A DNA stretch of 64,000 nucleotides from Mobula hypostoma (taxonomy: Eukaryota), in contig NC_086097.1 in the NCBI RefSeq assembly GCF_963921235.1, forward strand, positions 39,744,001 through 39,808,000, written 5' to 3'. The translations under genes were made by a program, and so were the position numbers. Positions 49,986-63,432 of the stretch are shown one piece after another. The notes under the pieces were generated by a model that saw nothing but the letters and a program-made list of their open reading frames with translations, did not search any database and was not told where the DNA came from. The first letter of the stretch is position 1, and each line of letters begins with the position of its first letter.

Positions 49986-52064
49986 AATATACACATTAAA
50001 CTACGTTCAGCAGACCTGCATATGGTGCTGCTCAACTTTTTTTGCCAGGCCAACCAGCAGCAATTTTTTTTTCCTGTGTGGACCAAGGAGTTATTAGCAC
50101 ACATTCAATTTCTGCAATTTTCAATCTTTACGGATAGTGGAGTTGGTGGAGGAAAAGAACAAAGAGAGGAAGAGAGGATGGCAAAGTGGAGGGAGGATTA
50201 TTCAGGAATGAGAGGGAATCTGGGGAAAGGTTGGTGAACAGTTGTGAGCAATGAACTGACTAGTAGGATATCAGTTGGGGTGATTATTGGTGCGTAGCAA
50301 ATCCAGAGATGGAACAATCTTTGGATTAGTGGGTAGATGTAAAGCAAGGTAGTTGAGATGTGATGGTTTTTGTTGAGGAAGGTGATCAGTTGAGAGCAGA
50401 CAGAAGAACTGATCATCAAGGAAGATTAGAATCATGGTGTTTATATGATGTTTATCCTTTAAATACTTCTGATTTATAGTCTACGTTATTAATCAAATGA
50501 AGGGACCAAACATTGTTATGGAACTTGTTGACAATCCAAAGATATTTGAGAAAGCAAGTTTCCTTGGAGCAGAGAAAGTCAAGCGTAAACCTTATAGTAG
50601 TGTCCAAAATTATAAGGGGCATAGATAGTGTAACAAAGGTGTCTAAGACCAGAGGGCATAGATTTATTGCAAGCTGAAGAGTAAGAAGTTTATGTGGGAT
50701 CTGATGAAGTAATTTTTCACCTGGAGGGAGGTTGCAGTCTGGAACATATTAGCCGAGAAAGTAGTACTTTTCTGGACAAGTGTTTGAATCTCCAAGGTAT
50801 AGTAGGCTATGGACCAACGGTTGGAAAATGGGATTAGTATGGGCAGATACATGATGGACTGAAAGGCCTGTTTCAAGCAAGATGGTGCTGGTGATCCACA
50901 GTGACGTGTTGTGAGCAGCTTACAAGACTACTAAATATACTTTTTCTGAACTACTCTGACTGCGATCTGCAGAATATAATTTCCCTTTAAGTAATGTACT
51001 CTTGAACCATTTTAACAAACTGGTGATTTTACAATCTTCTGCAAGACTTGGTGGACTTAGCTCACAAGAATGCAGGTACGGCATCATTAAGCAGATGAAG
51101 GTGTATCACCATGGCTGAAAGAAATGGAGGAGGGAGGAGTTCAAGCCAGTCTAAAACACTGGGGTATGAAACTTGCTTTAAGTCATGTTAGCAAACGTAC
51201 AGCCACTGAAAAACAAGATTGAGGACCTCAGTGCAAGATTGCTGTAGCAGAGGTATGGCTCATTCCTGACATGCTGGATACGTTGGTAAGATCCGTGGGC
51301 TTCTCAATACACAGGATGGACCGGACTGCTGATTTGGAGAAGGCAAAATGTGGGGTCTATGCTTCATGATAAACTCTTTGTGGTGTTCAGGCGCAATGGC
51401 CTTGTTGCACTTTTGTTCCTCCAGACTGGAGCATCTAATAAATAAATACAAATTGTTCTACTTAAACAAGAGATTTTTCCTCCATGATCCTGATTGCAGC
51501 ATACCTGCCACCAAAGGCTAATGTTTAAGGAGGCAGTTGGGGTAACCAGTGCTGCCATCAGCAAACAGGAGACAGCCTACCCTAACACTTTTCAGATAAT
51601 TGTTGGGGACTTCATTCTTGTTGGCTAGTTTGAAGAAATCGCTGCCAAATATTCATCAACATATCATCTGCAGGACCAGGTGATCCCAACACACTCAACC
51701 ACTGCTATACCACAATTAGAAATGCCCACTATTCCATGTCTAGAGCGCATTTCAGGAAATCTGATCATCTGGCTGTCCTCCTCTTACCCGTATACAGGCA
51801 GAAGCAAAAGAGTAAGGCTCCAGAGATAAGGACAACAAAGATATGGTGATGGGAGATAGAGGAGTGGCTAAGAATTGCTTCCAATTGGTGGATTGGGTTG
51901 TGTTCAAAGATTCATTAGAGGATCAAATACACCACGGATGTCATGGACATTATAAAAATAGTAGTAGACAGGTGTATCCCCACAAGATCATTCAGAATGT
52001 TCCCCAACATTTGCCCTGGATGAACAATGAGATCCACAATCTGATGAGGGCCAGATCAGTGGCA

Positions 52065-53401
52065 AGGTGACATGCCTGAACGACTAGTGTCCTGTCACAC
52101 TCACCTCAGTAACAAGCAAATGCTTTGAGAGGCTGGTCAAGGACTACATCTGCAGCTTGTTACCACCCACACTGGACCCCCTACAATTCGCCTACCAACA
52201 CAACCGATCGACAGATGATGCAATAGCCACTGCTCTACATGCCGTCCCGTCCTTTCACATCTGGAGAAGGAAGATACTTATGTGAGAATGCTGTTCTTGG
52301 ACTACAGTTCAGCATTCAACACTATAGTTCCATCCAGGCTCGACCAGAAGCTCAGAGACCTCGGCCTTGAGCCTGCCTTGTTCAGCTGGATCCTGGACTT
52401 CCTGTCAGATTGCCAGCAGGTGATAAGAGTGGGCTCCCTCACCTCCACTCCTCTGACTCTCAACACAGGAGCCCCTCAGGGCTGTGTCCTAAGACCCCTC
52501 CTTTACTCTTTGTATACCCATGACTGTGTCACCACCCACAGCTCCAATCTGCTAATTAAATTTGCCGACGACATTACATTGATTGGCCTTATCTCAAACA
52601 ATACCAAGATGGCCTACAGGGAAGAAGTAATCTCTCTGACACAGTGGTGTCAAGAAAACAACCTCTCCTCAATGTCGCAAATACAAAGGATCTGGTTGTG
52701 GATTATAGGAGAGATGGAGACGGGCTAACCATATTCAAATCAATAGATCTGGGGTTGAAAGGGTAAACAGCTTCAAGTTCCTCGACATCCACGTCACCGA
52801 GGACCTCACGTGGTCTGTACACACCAGCTGTGTGGTGAAGAAGGCATAACAGCACCTCTTTCACCTCAGACAGTTGAGGAAATTTGGTATGGGCCCCCAG
52901 TTCCTAAGAACTTTCTACAGGGGCACAATTGAGAGCATCCTGACTGGCTGTATCCCTGCCTGATATGGGAACTGTACTCCCCTCAGCCGCAGGACTCTGC
53001 AGAGAGTGATGCGGACAGCTCAGCACATCTGTTGTTGTGAACTTCCCATGATTCAGGACATTTACAAAGACAAGTGTGTAAAAAGGGCCCATAGGATCAT
53101 TGGGGACCCAAGTCACCCCAACCATAATCTATTCCAGCTGCTACCATCCGGGAAACGGTACCGCAGCATAAAAGCCAGGACCAACAGGCTCCAGGACAGT
53201 TTCTTCCACCGGGCCATCAGCCTGATGAACTCACGCTGATTTGAGTGTACTCTATATTACATTGACTGTTCTATTTATTATAAATTACTATAAATTATTA
53301 TGATTGCACATGGCACATTTAGATGGAGACATAACGTAAAGATTTCTACTCCTCATGTATGTAAAAGATGTAAGAAATAAAGTTATTGAGCAATTCAATT
53401 C
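52065..53401 (+). mobile_element. Younger 5'-truncated Rex1/Babar LINE with (caatt)n tail
   Basis: RMLFLDYSSAFNTIVP, GAPQGCVL, KFADD, LLPSGKRYRS. Confidence 0.9.
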
Positions 53402-55160
53402 CATGAACATGGCAGACCAATTGAATAATTACTTTGGTTCTGTCTTCACTAAGGAGGACATAAATAATCTTCCAGAAATAGTAGGGGACAGAGGGTCTAG
53501 TGAGATGGAGGAACTGAGCGAAATACATGTTAGTAGGGAAGTGGTGTTAGGTAAATTGAAGGGATTGAAGGCAGATAAATCCCCAGGGCCAGATGGTCTG
53601 CATCCCACAGTGCTTAAGGAAGTAGCCCAAGAAATAGTGGATGCATTAGTGATAATTTTTCAAAACTCGTTAGATTCTGGACTAGTTCCTGAGGATTGGA
53701 GGGTGGCTAATGTAACCCCACTTTTTAAAAAAGGAGGGAGAGAGAAACCGGGGAATTATAGACCGGTTAGCCTAACGTCGGTGGTGGGGAAACTGCTGGA
53801 GTCAGTTATCAAAGATGTGATAACAGCACATTTGGAAAGCGGTGAAATCATCGGATAAAGTCAGCATGGATTTGTGAAAGGAAAATCATGTCTGACGAAT
53901 CTCATAGAATTTTTTGAGGATGTAACTAGTAGAGTGGATAGGGGAGAACCAGTGGATGTGGTATATTTGGATTTTCAAAAGGCTTTTGACAAGGTCCCAC
54001 ACAGGAGATTAGTGTGCAAACTTAAAGCACACGGTATTGGGGGTAAGGTATTGATGTGGATAGAGAATTGGTTAGCAGACAGGAAGCAAAGAGTGGGAAT
54101 AAATGGGACCTTTTCAGAATGGCAGGCGGTGACTAGTGGGGTACCGCAAGGCTCAGTGCTGGGACCCCAGTTGTTTACAATATATATTAATGACTTAGAT
54201 GAGGGAATTAAATGCAGCATCTCCAAGTTTGCGAATGACACGAAGCTGGGTGGCAGTGTTAGCGGTGAGGAGGATGCTAAGAGGATGCAGAGTGACTTGG
54301 ATAGGTTGGGTGAGTGGGCAAATTCATGGCAGATGCAATTTAATATGGATAAATGTGAAGTTATCCACTTTGGTGGCAAAAATAGGAAAACAGATTATTA
54401 TCTGAATGGTGGCCGATTAGGAAAAGGGGAGGTGCAACGAGACCTGGGTGTCATTATACACCAGTCATTGAAAGTGGGCATGCAGGTACAGCAGGCGGTG
54501 AAAAAGGTGAATGGTATGCTGGCATTTAAGCAAGAGGATTCGAGTACAGGAGCAGGGAGGTACTACTGCAGTTGTACAAGGCCTTGGTGAGACCACACCT
54601 GGAGTATTGTGTGCAGTTTTGGTCCCCTAATCTGAGGAAAGACATCCTTGCCATAGAGGGAGTACAAAGAAGGTTCACCAGATTGATTCCTGGGATGGCA
54701 GGACTTTGATATGAAGAAAGACTGGATGAACTGGGCTTGTACTCGTTGGAATTTAGAAGATTGAGGGGGTATCTGATTGAAACGTATAAAATCCTAAAGG
54801 GATTGGACAGGATAGATGCAGGAAGATTGTTCCCGATGTTGGGGAAGTCCAGAACGAGGGGTCACAGTTTGAGGATAAAGGGGAAGCCTTTTAGGACCGA
54901 GATTAGGAAAAACTTCACACAGAGAGTGGTGAATCTGTGGAATTCTCTGCCACAGGAAGCTGTTGAGGCCAGTTCATTGGCCATATTTAAGAGGGAGTTA
55001 GATATGGCCCTTGTGGCTACGGGGGTCAGGGGGTATGGAGGGAAGGCTGGGGCGGGGTTCTGAGTTGGATGATCAGCCATGATCATAATAAATGGCGGTG
55101 CAGGCTCGAAGGGCCATATGGCCTACTCCTGCACCAATTTTCTATGTTTCTATGTTTCTA
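53402..55160 (+). mobile_element. 5'-truncated CR1 LINE inserted in the Rex1 tail
   Basis: KSPGPDG, NYRPVSLTS, LDFQKAFDKVPH, GVPQGSVLGP; (tttctatg)n tail; TSD attcaattc at 53393-53401 and 55160-55168. Confidence 0.93.
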
Positions 55161-56789
55161 TTCAATTCAGGTCTGGCAACCCGGTAAAGTACAAGGGGTC
55201 TAGGTACTATCTCTGGAAAGTTATCTCACATGTGTAGTGACAATTCTGGATCAAATTTGAATCACTGAAGGATACTTGGCAGCTGTGGCAGGGTTTAAAT
55301 GCTATCACCTCCTACAAAGTGAAACCAAATGACATAGGTAAAAACAAGGCTTCGCTTCCGGATGAGCTCAATGCCTTTTGTGAACCCACGGGAAGCATTC
55401 AGTGAGCTTGGATCCATAGCTGAGTACTGAAGAACTGCACTGATCAATTGGCTGGAGTGTTCACTGATATCCTTAACTTCTCACTCCAGCAGTCTGAGAT
55501 ACCCACCTGCTTCGAGCAGGCTTCAGTTATACTAGGGCCCAAGAAAAACATGGTAACCTACCTCAATGACTATCATCAGTAGCACTTACATCTACTGTGA
55601 TGAAGTGCTTTGAGTAGTTGGTGATGATACATACCAACTCCTGTCTGAGAAGCGATTTGGATCCACTCCAATTTGTCTACCATCACAACAAGTCAACAGT
55701 AGATGCCATTTCATTGGCTCTTCACTCAACCCTGGGACATCTGGTCAGTGAAGATGCATATATCAGGATGCTCTTCATTGACTACAGTTCAGCATTCAAT
55801 AGTGTCATCCCCTCAAAACTAACCAATAAGCTTCATGACCTTGGCTTCAATAACTCCTTGTGCAATTGGATGCTCGATTTCCTCACTTGCAGACTCCAGT
55901 TAGTTCAGATTTGCAACAACATCTCCTCCACAATCTCCATCAGCACAGGTGCACCATAAAGTTGTGTGCTTAGTCCCTGCTCTGCACGCTTTATACTTAT
56001 GGCTGTGTGGCTAAGCACAGCTCCAATGCCATATTTAAGTTAGCTGACGACACCACTGTCGTAAGCCGAATCAAAGGTGGTGATGAATCAGCATACAGGA
56101 GGGAGATTGAAAATCTGGCTGATGGTGCCACAGCTACAACCTCTCATTTAATGTCAGCATTATCAAAGAGCTGATCATTAGTTGACTTCAGGAGGAGGAA
56201 ACCATAAGTCTATGAGCCATTCCTCATCAGGGGATCAGAGATGGAGAGGGTAAGCAACTTCAAATTCCTCAGTGTTACCATTTCAGAAGATTTATCGTGT
56301 GCCAGCACATAAGTGTCATTACAAAGAAAGCACAGCAGAACTTTTAATTTCTTAGAAGTTTGCCAAGATTTGGTGTGTCATCGAAACTTTGACAAATTTC
56401 TATAGATGTGTGGTAGGGAGTATATTGACTGGTTGAGTCACAGCCTGGTATGGAAACACCAATGACCTTGAATAGAAAATCCTACAAAAAGTAGTGAATA
56501 TAGCCCAGTCTATCATGGTAAAGCCCTCCTAACCATTGAGCACATCTACAAGGAGTGTTGTCACAGGAAAGCAGCATCTACCATCAGGGAGCCCCCACCA
56601 CCCAGGTCATGCTCTCTTCTCACTGCAGCCACCAGGAAGGAGGTACAAGAACCGGGTGCAAGAACAGTTATTACCCCTCAACCATCAGGCTCTTGAACCA
56701 GAGGGGATGACTTCACTTACCCAACACTGAACTCTTCCCACAACCCATGGACTCACTTTGAAGGACTCCACAACTCACGTTCTTGATAC

Positions 56790-57425
56790 TATACGGCGGG
56801 AGGAGAGGGAGCAGCGCGCCGTGCATGCGCAGCCCTCCGGTGAAAAATGATATTGTATCCGTTAAATAGAGGCCATGGACAATTCTGATTTGATGGAGAT
56901 GGACGTGAAAGCACAGAAGAACATTTGGAAAAATTTCTGAAACGCCAATTTGCTGCTGTTGTTACTGCGTGATCGGGAATCTTTCAGAAGGAAGGCCTCA
57001 AAATCCCTGGCTTTGCCTGCTGTTGGCGACCGAGATGGAGGTTGAATCGTTCGGATCGAGATGGCGCTCAGTACTCGGTGTCGGAGAGCTGATCAGAGCT
57101 CGAAGTTTTCGGATGACTCAGAGTCGGGCCGTGGTCGGGTATGGCAGGGAGAGTTTTTCTTCCTTCTCCTGTCTGCATGAGGTGTGGGACATTTGAGAGA
57201 CTTTGAACTTTTTACTGTGCTCATGGACTTCTTCATCAAGTTATGGTATTGTTGCACTGTTGTAACTATATGTTATAATTATGTGGGTCTGTTAGCTTTT
57301 TTCAGTCTTGGTCTGTCCTGTGTTTTGTGATATCACACCGGAGGAAATATTGTATCATTTCTTAATATATGCATTACTAAATGACAATAAAAGAGGACTG
57401 TGTGTCTTCATAATCTAATATCTAA
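56790..57425 (+). mobile_element. Non-autonomous, non-coding retroelement, family A (second copy)
   Basis: Homologous to 15808-16496; inserted in the Rex1 3' UTR. Confidence 0.7.
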
Positions 57426-58039
57426 ATATTGCTTATTTATTTATTGTTATTACTTTTTTTCATTTTGTATTTGCAGTTTATTGCCTTTTGCACATTGGCT
57501 GTTTGTCTATCCTGTTGGATGTGGGATTTTATTGATTCTATTGTGCTTTTTGCACTTACTGTGAATGCCCACAAGAAAATGAATTTCAGAGTAGTACATG
57601 GTGCATAGTTGTACTTTGATAATAAATTTACTTTGAACATTAAATTTTGTTTCTGTGCTATGTGCCTCTATAACCATGTGTCTCTTACCAAATGGTAGAG
57701 CAGGCACTAGGTGCTGAAAGACCTTCTGTTTTTGATTTTTCATATGTTGTTATCTGAACCACAATGACTTCACATTAGAAAAAATGTCCCTCTGTGGGGT
57801 CGTTATCATTTCAATTATGTCTCTAGAGTGTGAAGAGGGTGTTCCGATCTCGTTACTGAATCTTTGAACACAAACTTATAGGATGATTTCATAATTTATT
57901 TCTAAGCTAGGCAATCTGTCAGGCTGGAGTGGACATTTTTCACAGGACATGCTCAACCCTCTTTGCTTTAAATTTTCTTTTGTAAGTATGCTTTGAACAA
58001 TCAGCAAAGGAAGATGTAATTGTGGTACAGATTGGCCAC

Positions 58040-58870
58040 AAATTGAGACAGAGGCTGGTAGGTGATAGGTGGAACCAGATGAGGGCAGAGGATGGGGAAG
58101 GTGAACAAAGAGAAGAGAATTAGGTTTAGGATGAGAGTGTATGGAAGGAGAATACCTAAGGGTGTAGGTTACCTGGAACTGGAAAATTCAAGGCTCATAC
58201 CTTTGGGTTGTAAGCTACCGCGGAATATGAGATGTCATTCTTCCAGTCTGCATCTGGTCTCTTTGTAGTATTGGAGAAGGCGTAGGACAGACAGGTTGGG
58301 TAAGAGTGGAAAGGAGAGTTGAAATGGCAAGGAATAGGAAGCCTGAAGTGTCCACTGAGGACAGAACATAGGTGTTCAGCAAAATAATCCTCACCTTTCA
58401 CCCTACCAATCTCCTCATACAACTTTTCTGCCAGCTCCACTGTGACCACTCAATTACCAATTGCAATCTTCCACTATCCCCACCCCACTCCTTACTGCTT
58501 TCCACAAAGACCACTCCCTTTGTGACTCCCTGGTCTCTTCATCCCTTCCCACCCTTCCCTTCCAATCCCCCAGCACTTTCTTCTGAATCCATAGGAGAAA
58601 AAATACTTGGCCTTTCAGCTCCTTTCTCACCACCATGCAGGGACATAGACTGACTTTCCAAGTGAGGCAGAGGTTTACTGCATGACTTCCACCCTGGTCT
58701 ACTGCAATTGGTGCTTGCAATGTGGCCTCCTCTACACTGGTGAAAACAAACAAAGACATGGCAACTATCTTGTAGGGTTAATGTACTGTGTCCACAATGG
58801 CTGTGTTGAGCTTCCAGTTGTATATCAGTTCCTTCCCACTCCCACAGCCATTTATTCAATTCCCAATTGT
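58040..58870. mobile_element. Old Penelope-like remnant with an inverted segment (minus about 58040-58375, plus about 58375-58870)
   Basis: Plus strand: LVYCNWCLQCGLLYTGENKQR (GIY-YIG N-terminal motif). Minus strand: PCHFNSPFHS and the GIY-YIG C-terminus. Confidence 0.7.
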
Positions 58871-59689
58871 TACAGAGAGCTCCCAATAGTCATCAGGGAA
58901 TTGAAGAGCAGATATGAAGGCAAATTGCAGTAGGTTGTAAAAACAATGGGATAATGATAATGAGTGATTTTGTATGTCTAATATTGATCGGCATTACCTT
59001 AGCTTAAGGAATGTAGATGAACTGGAATTTGTAAAATGCATCCAAGGAGGTTTTTACAGTTATCAGGACCAGGGAAGGGACTATGCTCGGGAAGAATGAA
59101 GATGGGCACATGGTAGATGTGTCTGTTCAGGAAACCTTTGGTAATAGTGACTATAATTTAGTAAATTTCAGGGTAATCATAGATAAAGGTAAGATTGGTC
59201 CTAGAGTTAGGATCTTAATCTGGGGGGAGGACTATTTACAGTAGCACAAGACAGAATCTGGTGAAAGTCAATGGGACACAGTCGCAAGAAGGAAAAACAG
59301 CATCTGATAGCGTGGGAAGCTTTTAAATGTGAGATAATAAGAGTTTAGAGGCAGCATGTCCCTGTGAAGATATGTGGTAACTGCTACCATTAGTGATAGG
59401 CTCATAAAGCAAAAGGAGACAGAGTGAAGACAATTAGCAAAATTGTCTTCTCCACACAAGTTCAGAGGTATACTGCCACTAGGGAGGTGGTGGGGTGTAG
59501 GCAGATCAAATTGCATCTCATGATTTCAGAACTAATGACTGCTTGCTTATCAATACAGGCAGAAGTTTGATGGCTGGTTATGCTTATATTAATGATTCTC
59601 TCTGCTCACTGACACTATGATGTACATCTCTGTGATTCTACTGTAAGTTTTTCCTAGGCTGGAAAGTACAAGTGAAAAAGTGAGCTATG

Positions 59690-60360
59690 TTAAAGCATAG
59701 AACGTTACAGAACAGGAACAGGCCCTTTGGCCCACAATGTTGCCTCACATTCATCTGCCTATCTAAACGTCTCTTAAAAGTTCCAGCTGTTTCTGTCTCC
59801 ACCACCACACCAGGCTGCACATTCCAGGCACTCACCACTATCTGTGCAATAAATGTGTCGATCACATCTCCTTTAAACTTACTCCCTCTCACCTTAAATT
59901 AAGCCCTCTGGTATTAGACATTCCAATGCTGGGAAAAAGATACTGTCTGTCTACTCTATCTCTGCCTCTCATCATCCTCTATCAGATCTGTCCTTAGCCT
60001 CTGCTGCTCCAGAGAAAACAAGCCAAGTTTGTCCAGTATCCTGTTATAGAACATGTCTCTAATCCAGGCTGCATCCTGGTAAACCTCTTCTGCTCCCTCT
60101 CCAGAGCCTCAACATCATTCCTATAATGAAGCCACTAGAACTGTATGCAATACCCCAGCTGCAGCCTAACTAGTGTTTTATAAAGTTGCAACTTCCTGAC
60201 TTTTGAACTCAATTCCTTGTCTAATAAAAACAAGCATGCTATATGCCTTCTTAATCGTCCTAACAATCAGCGTCACCACTTTCAGGAAGATATGAACTTG
60301 GACCCCAAGATCCCGCTGCTCATCAACACTGTTAAGTGTCCTTCTTTCTAACTGGAATAT
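59690..60360 (-). mobile_element. CR1 LINE 3' portion
   Basis: QRDLGVQVH; VVSAWNVQPGVVVETETAGTFKRRLDR. Confidence 0.82.
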
Positions 60361-61676
60361 ACTGTACCCGTCCTGTACTCTGTGCAGTTGGTCCTTAAAC
60401 ACTTTTCACATGTCAGATGTGGACTTGATTAAAAACACCTGTTCCCAATTAACTCTCCCTAATTCCTGCCTAGTGTTTTCATAATTTACCCTTCTCTAAT
60501 TTGACACTCTCCCTCAAAGTACATACAGTACCTATCCTTATCTATAATTACCTTGAAACTATATTATCATCTGGATAAAAATAAATCTAATAAAAATAAC
60601 CATGCAGTTTACTTAATACAATAATCATCAAAAATTCAAGTGTCAGGGCTTAACGTATTTCTTTGCATCCACCTTCTCTGTAGTCAATAACAGTCATTGG
60701 GCCATGTGTGAACATAAAATGGCTGTCACTGCACACTGTAATATCAAGCTTAAGAATTTTTAGTTTTCACACGTATCTCATCCTGTTCCTGCTTATTGTG
60801 CTTTGAAAATCTAAGTGACTGATGCAGCTGTCATTTACTTGGGGGAGTTGTGTAGTAGATTTGCTGTTTATTCGCTAGAGTACTTTTCAGCCTTCTGGGT
60901 AGCATTAATTCAGTTTGCATTTAGAAGTGCAGCCAGAGCAGGTGATGGAATTTCTGTTTATCAAAGACATCCAACTATTTTTCAACTTTATCTGAATGTG
61001 CCAACTCAAGAGCTAGTGAAGAGGGTAGTGTAGGTGATTCACAAGAGAGCAGCTAATTCCATTTCAGATAGCTTAGACAGTATATTTCTGAACCATTCAC
61101 CTGTCAAGGCCTAAATGCAGTGTAAAACCAAGGTAAATTGTTTTAATTGTTAGTATTAAATAGTTATATTGTGAACTGGCGGCAGAGCACACATACAATG
61201 TCTTGTTAAATAAATCTATCGAGTATGAGGAAATTGAATGATTTTGACAGGCACAGAGAAAGCCAAGCTGGACAGCTGCTAATTCAATGTCAAGAGGGTT
61301 GAAACCTCTGTGTAAACCACATGTACCACTGATGGAACTGAACTTCTATGTTGTCATTTAACACAATTTGGCTATCATTATATTTCTATGTACATCTTAC
61401 CACATGTCTTTTCCACATTGTAAGTTGATAGCACTAACTTCAGGTGCAATCATATTTTGTATGTATTTCAAATCATATTTAAACCATTAATTGTCCCAGT
61501 CAAAGGTTATTTCTCCCTACTTATGTTTAATACACTTATTGATTTATGTATTGACTGACATAAATATATAATTTAGTGCAAAGCACTTTGCTTCCTGAAT
61601 AAGTTATGCTGGCAATGCATTAAAAGTTGAAATGGCTGGATGCTGTTACCCGACCTAAGTAATCACAATCCAATCA

Positions 61677-61882
61677 CAGACAAGAGAAAATCTGCAGATG
61701 CTGGAAATCTGAGCAACACACACAAAATGCTGGGGGAACTCAGCAGGCCAGGCAGCATCTATGGAAAAGAGTCCATTTGATCTTTTGTCAGGACTGCTGA
61801 AGGGTCTCGGCCCGAAATGTTGACCGTACTTTTTCCCATAGATGCTGCCTTGCCTGTTGAGTTCTTCCAACCATCTCGTGTG
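61677..61882. mobile_element. Second fold-back Penelope-terminus mini-element
   Basis: aactcagcaggccaggcagcatctatgg is inverted relative to ccatagatgctgccttgcctgttgagtt; central CTGCTGA-gggtctcggccc-GAAA. Confidence 0.8.
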
Positions 61883-62444
61883 AATCCTAAACCAAATTAT
61901 TTTTGCTGATATCAATACCATTGTCATATGCTGCAATGGGGAAAGATTTCTGGTTGTGTACTTTTCTTTTACCGATGCTCCCAAGCCACTATGTTATTCT
62001 GTGATTTTTACCCTGTTGATGTTAACTGCTTGTTCTTCTCATTGCTACTGGGTCATTTTTAGTAAGATAGAAAATACTGGAAGCACTTGACAAGGAAGGT
62101 GATATCTGTGACGAGGGAAGAAGGATTAAAGCTTCAGGTCGTTGATCTTCAATAAAGTGCCTTGGAATACTGTAACACAGAGAATGCAACAACGTAGAGC
62201 AATGTATACTAAGAGTGAAATACACCATTCGAATCATATACAGTCTTGACAAGCTGATAAATCTGCATGTTCCACTCTGTAACTCACAGAAAAAAATTAA
62301 TGCAGCTACAGCAAATAATCCAGAAAGCAAACAGAACATCATTATTTACGGTTTGGGTAGCTGAACACACAGTGAGGAGGTTAACCTTCAGTTACTTAGG
62401 GCATTGGTGAACTTCTTCTGGGGTATTATGTCCAATATTGGTCT

Positions 62445-62860
62445 CCTTAGAAGGATGAGGGGGGATCTTGCTGAAACCTTTTGAATGTTGAAAGGCCTAG
62501 ACAGAGTAGATATGGAAATGATGTTTCCCATGGTGGGGGAGTCCAGGGCAAAAGGGCACAGCCTCAGGATAGAGGGATGCCCTTTTAAAAGAGAGATGCA
62601 GAGAAACTTCTTTAGCCAAAGGGTGGTGAATTTGTGGAATTTGTTGCTACATGCAGCTGTGGAGGCCAGGTTGTTGGGTGTATTTAAGGCAGAGATTGAT
62701 AGGTTCTTGATTGAATATGGCAACGAGGGTTATGGGGAGAAGGCCGAGAACTAGGGTTGAGGAGGAGAAAAAAAAGTATTAGCCATGATTGAATGGCGAA
62801 GCAGACTTGATGGGCCGGATGGCCTAATTCTACTCCTATGTCTTATGGCCTTATGGTCTT
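62445..62860 (+). mobile_element. CR1 LINE 3' end
   Basis: LKGLDRVD..RNFFSQRVVNLWN; (tcttatgg)n tail. Confidence 0.88.
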
Positions 62861-62979
62861 ATTTAAAAAAGAACGTAAATATATTGGAAACAGTTCAGAA
62901 AAGATATATTTGATTAATACATGAAATGAGCATGTTGTCTCATGAGGAAAGGTGGTCCAGGCTAGGCTTGGATCCAGAA

Positions 62980-63432
62980 CAATGCACAGAAACTGCTGGA
63001 GGAACTCAGCAGGCCAGGCAGTGTCTATGGAAAAGAGTACAGTTGATGTTTCAGGCCAAGACTCTTCAGCAAGACTGGAGAAAAAAAGATGAGGAGTAGA
63101 GTTAAAAGGTGGGGGGGGGGGAAGGGAGGAGAGAAACACAATATAATAGGTGAAAGTGGGAGGGGAGGGGTGAAGTGAAGAGCTGAAAAATTGATTGGTG
63201 AAATAGATACAGGGCTGGCGAAGAGCGAGTCTGAAAGGAGAGGGCAGAAAGCCATGGAAGAAAGAAAAGTGGGGAAGCGCACCAGAGAGAGGCAGTAGGC
63301 AGGCATGGAGATAAGATGAGAGAGTGAAAAGAGGATGGGGAATGTTGAAGGAGAAGGTAGGCATTACTAGAAGTTCGAGAAATTGATTTTCATGCCATCA
63401 GGTTGGAGGCTACCCAGACGAATATGAGGTGT
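62980..63432 (-). mobile_element. Penelope-like element 3' end (pLTR plus end of GIY-YIG)
   Basis: Homologous to 46139-46530; degenerate hammerhead motif at about 63040-63077. Confidence 0.8.

Larger units (their letters stand above)
50877..57640 (+). mobile_element. Near-full-length but decayed Rex1/Babar LINE with three nested insertions
   Basis: 5' caagatggtg; APE remnant (ttagcaaacgtacag = LANVQ; gttggggacttc = VGDF); RT at 55618..55959 ([12 protein letters not shown]); ctttga tail near 57630. Confidence 0.78.

Noticed and set aside
46804..54590. Clustered RT ORFs as a retron, DGR or other bacterial RT system
   Set aside because: Motifs, tails and TSDs identify them as vertebrate CR1 and Rex1 LINEs; there is no operon structure
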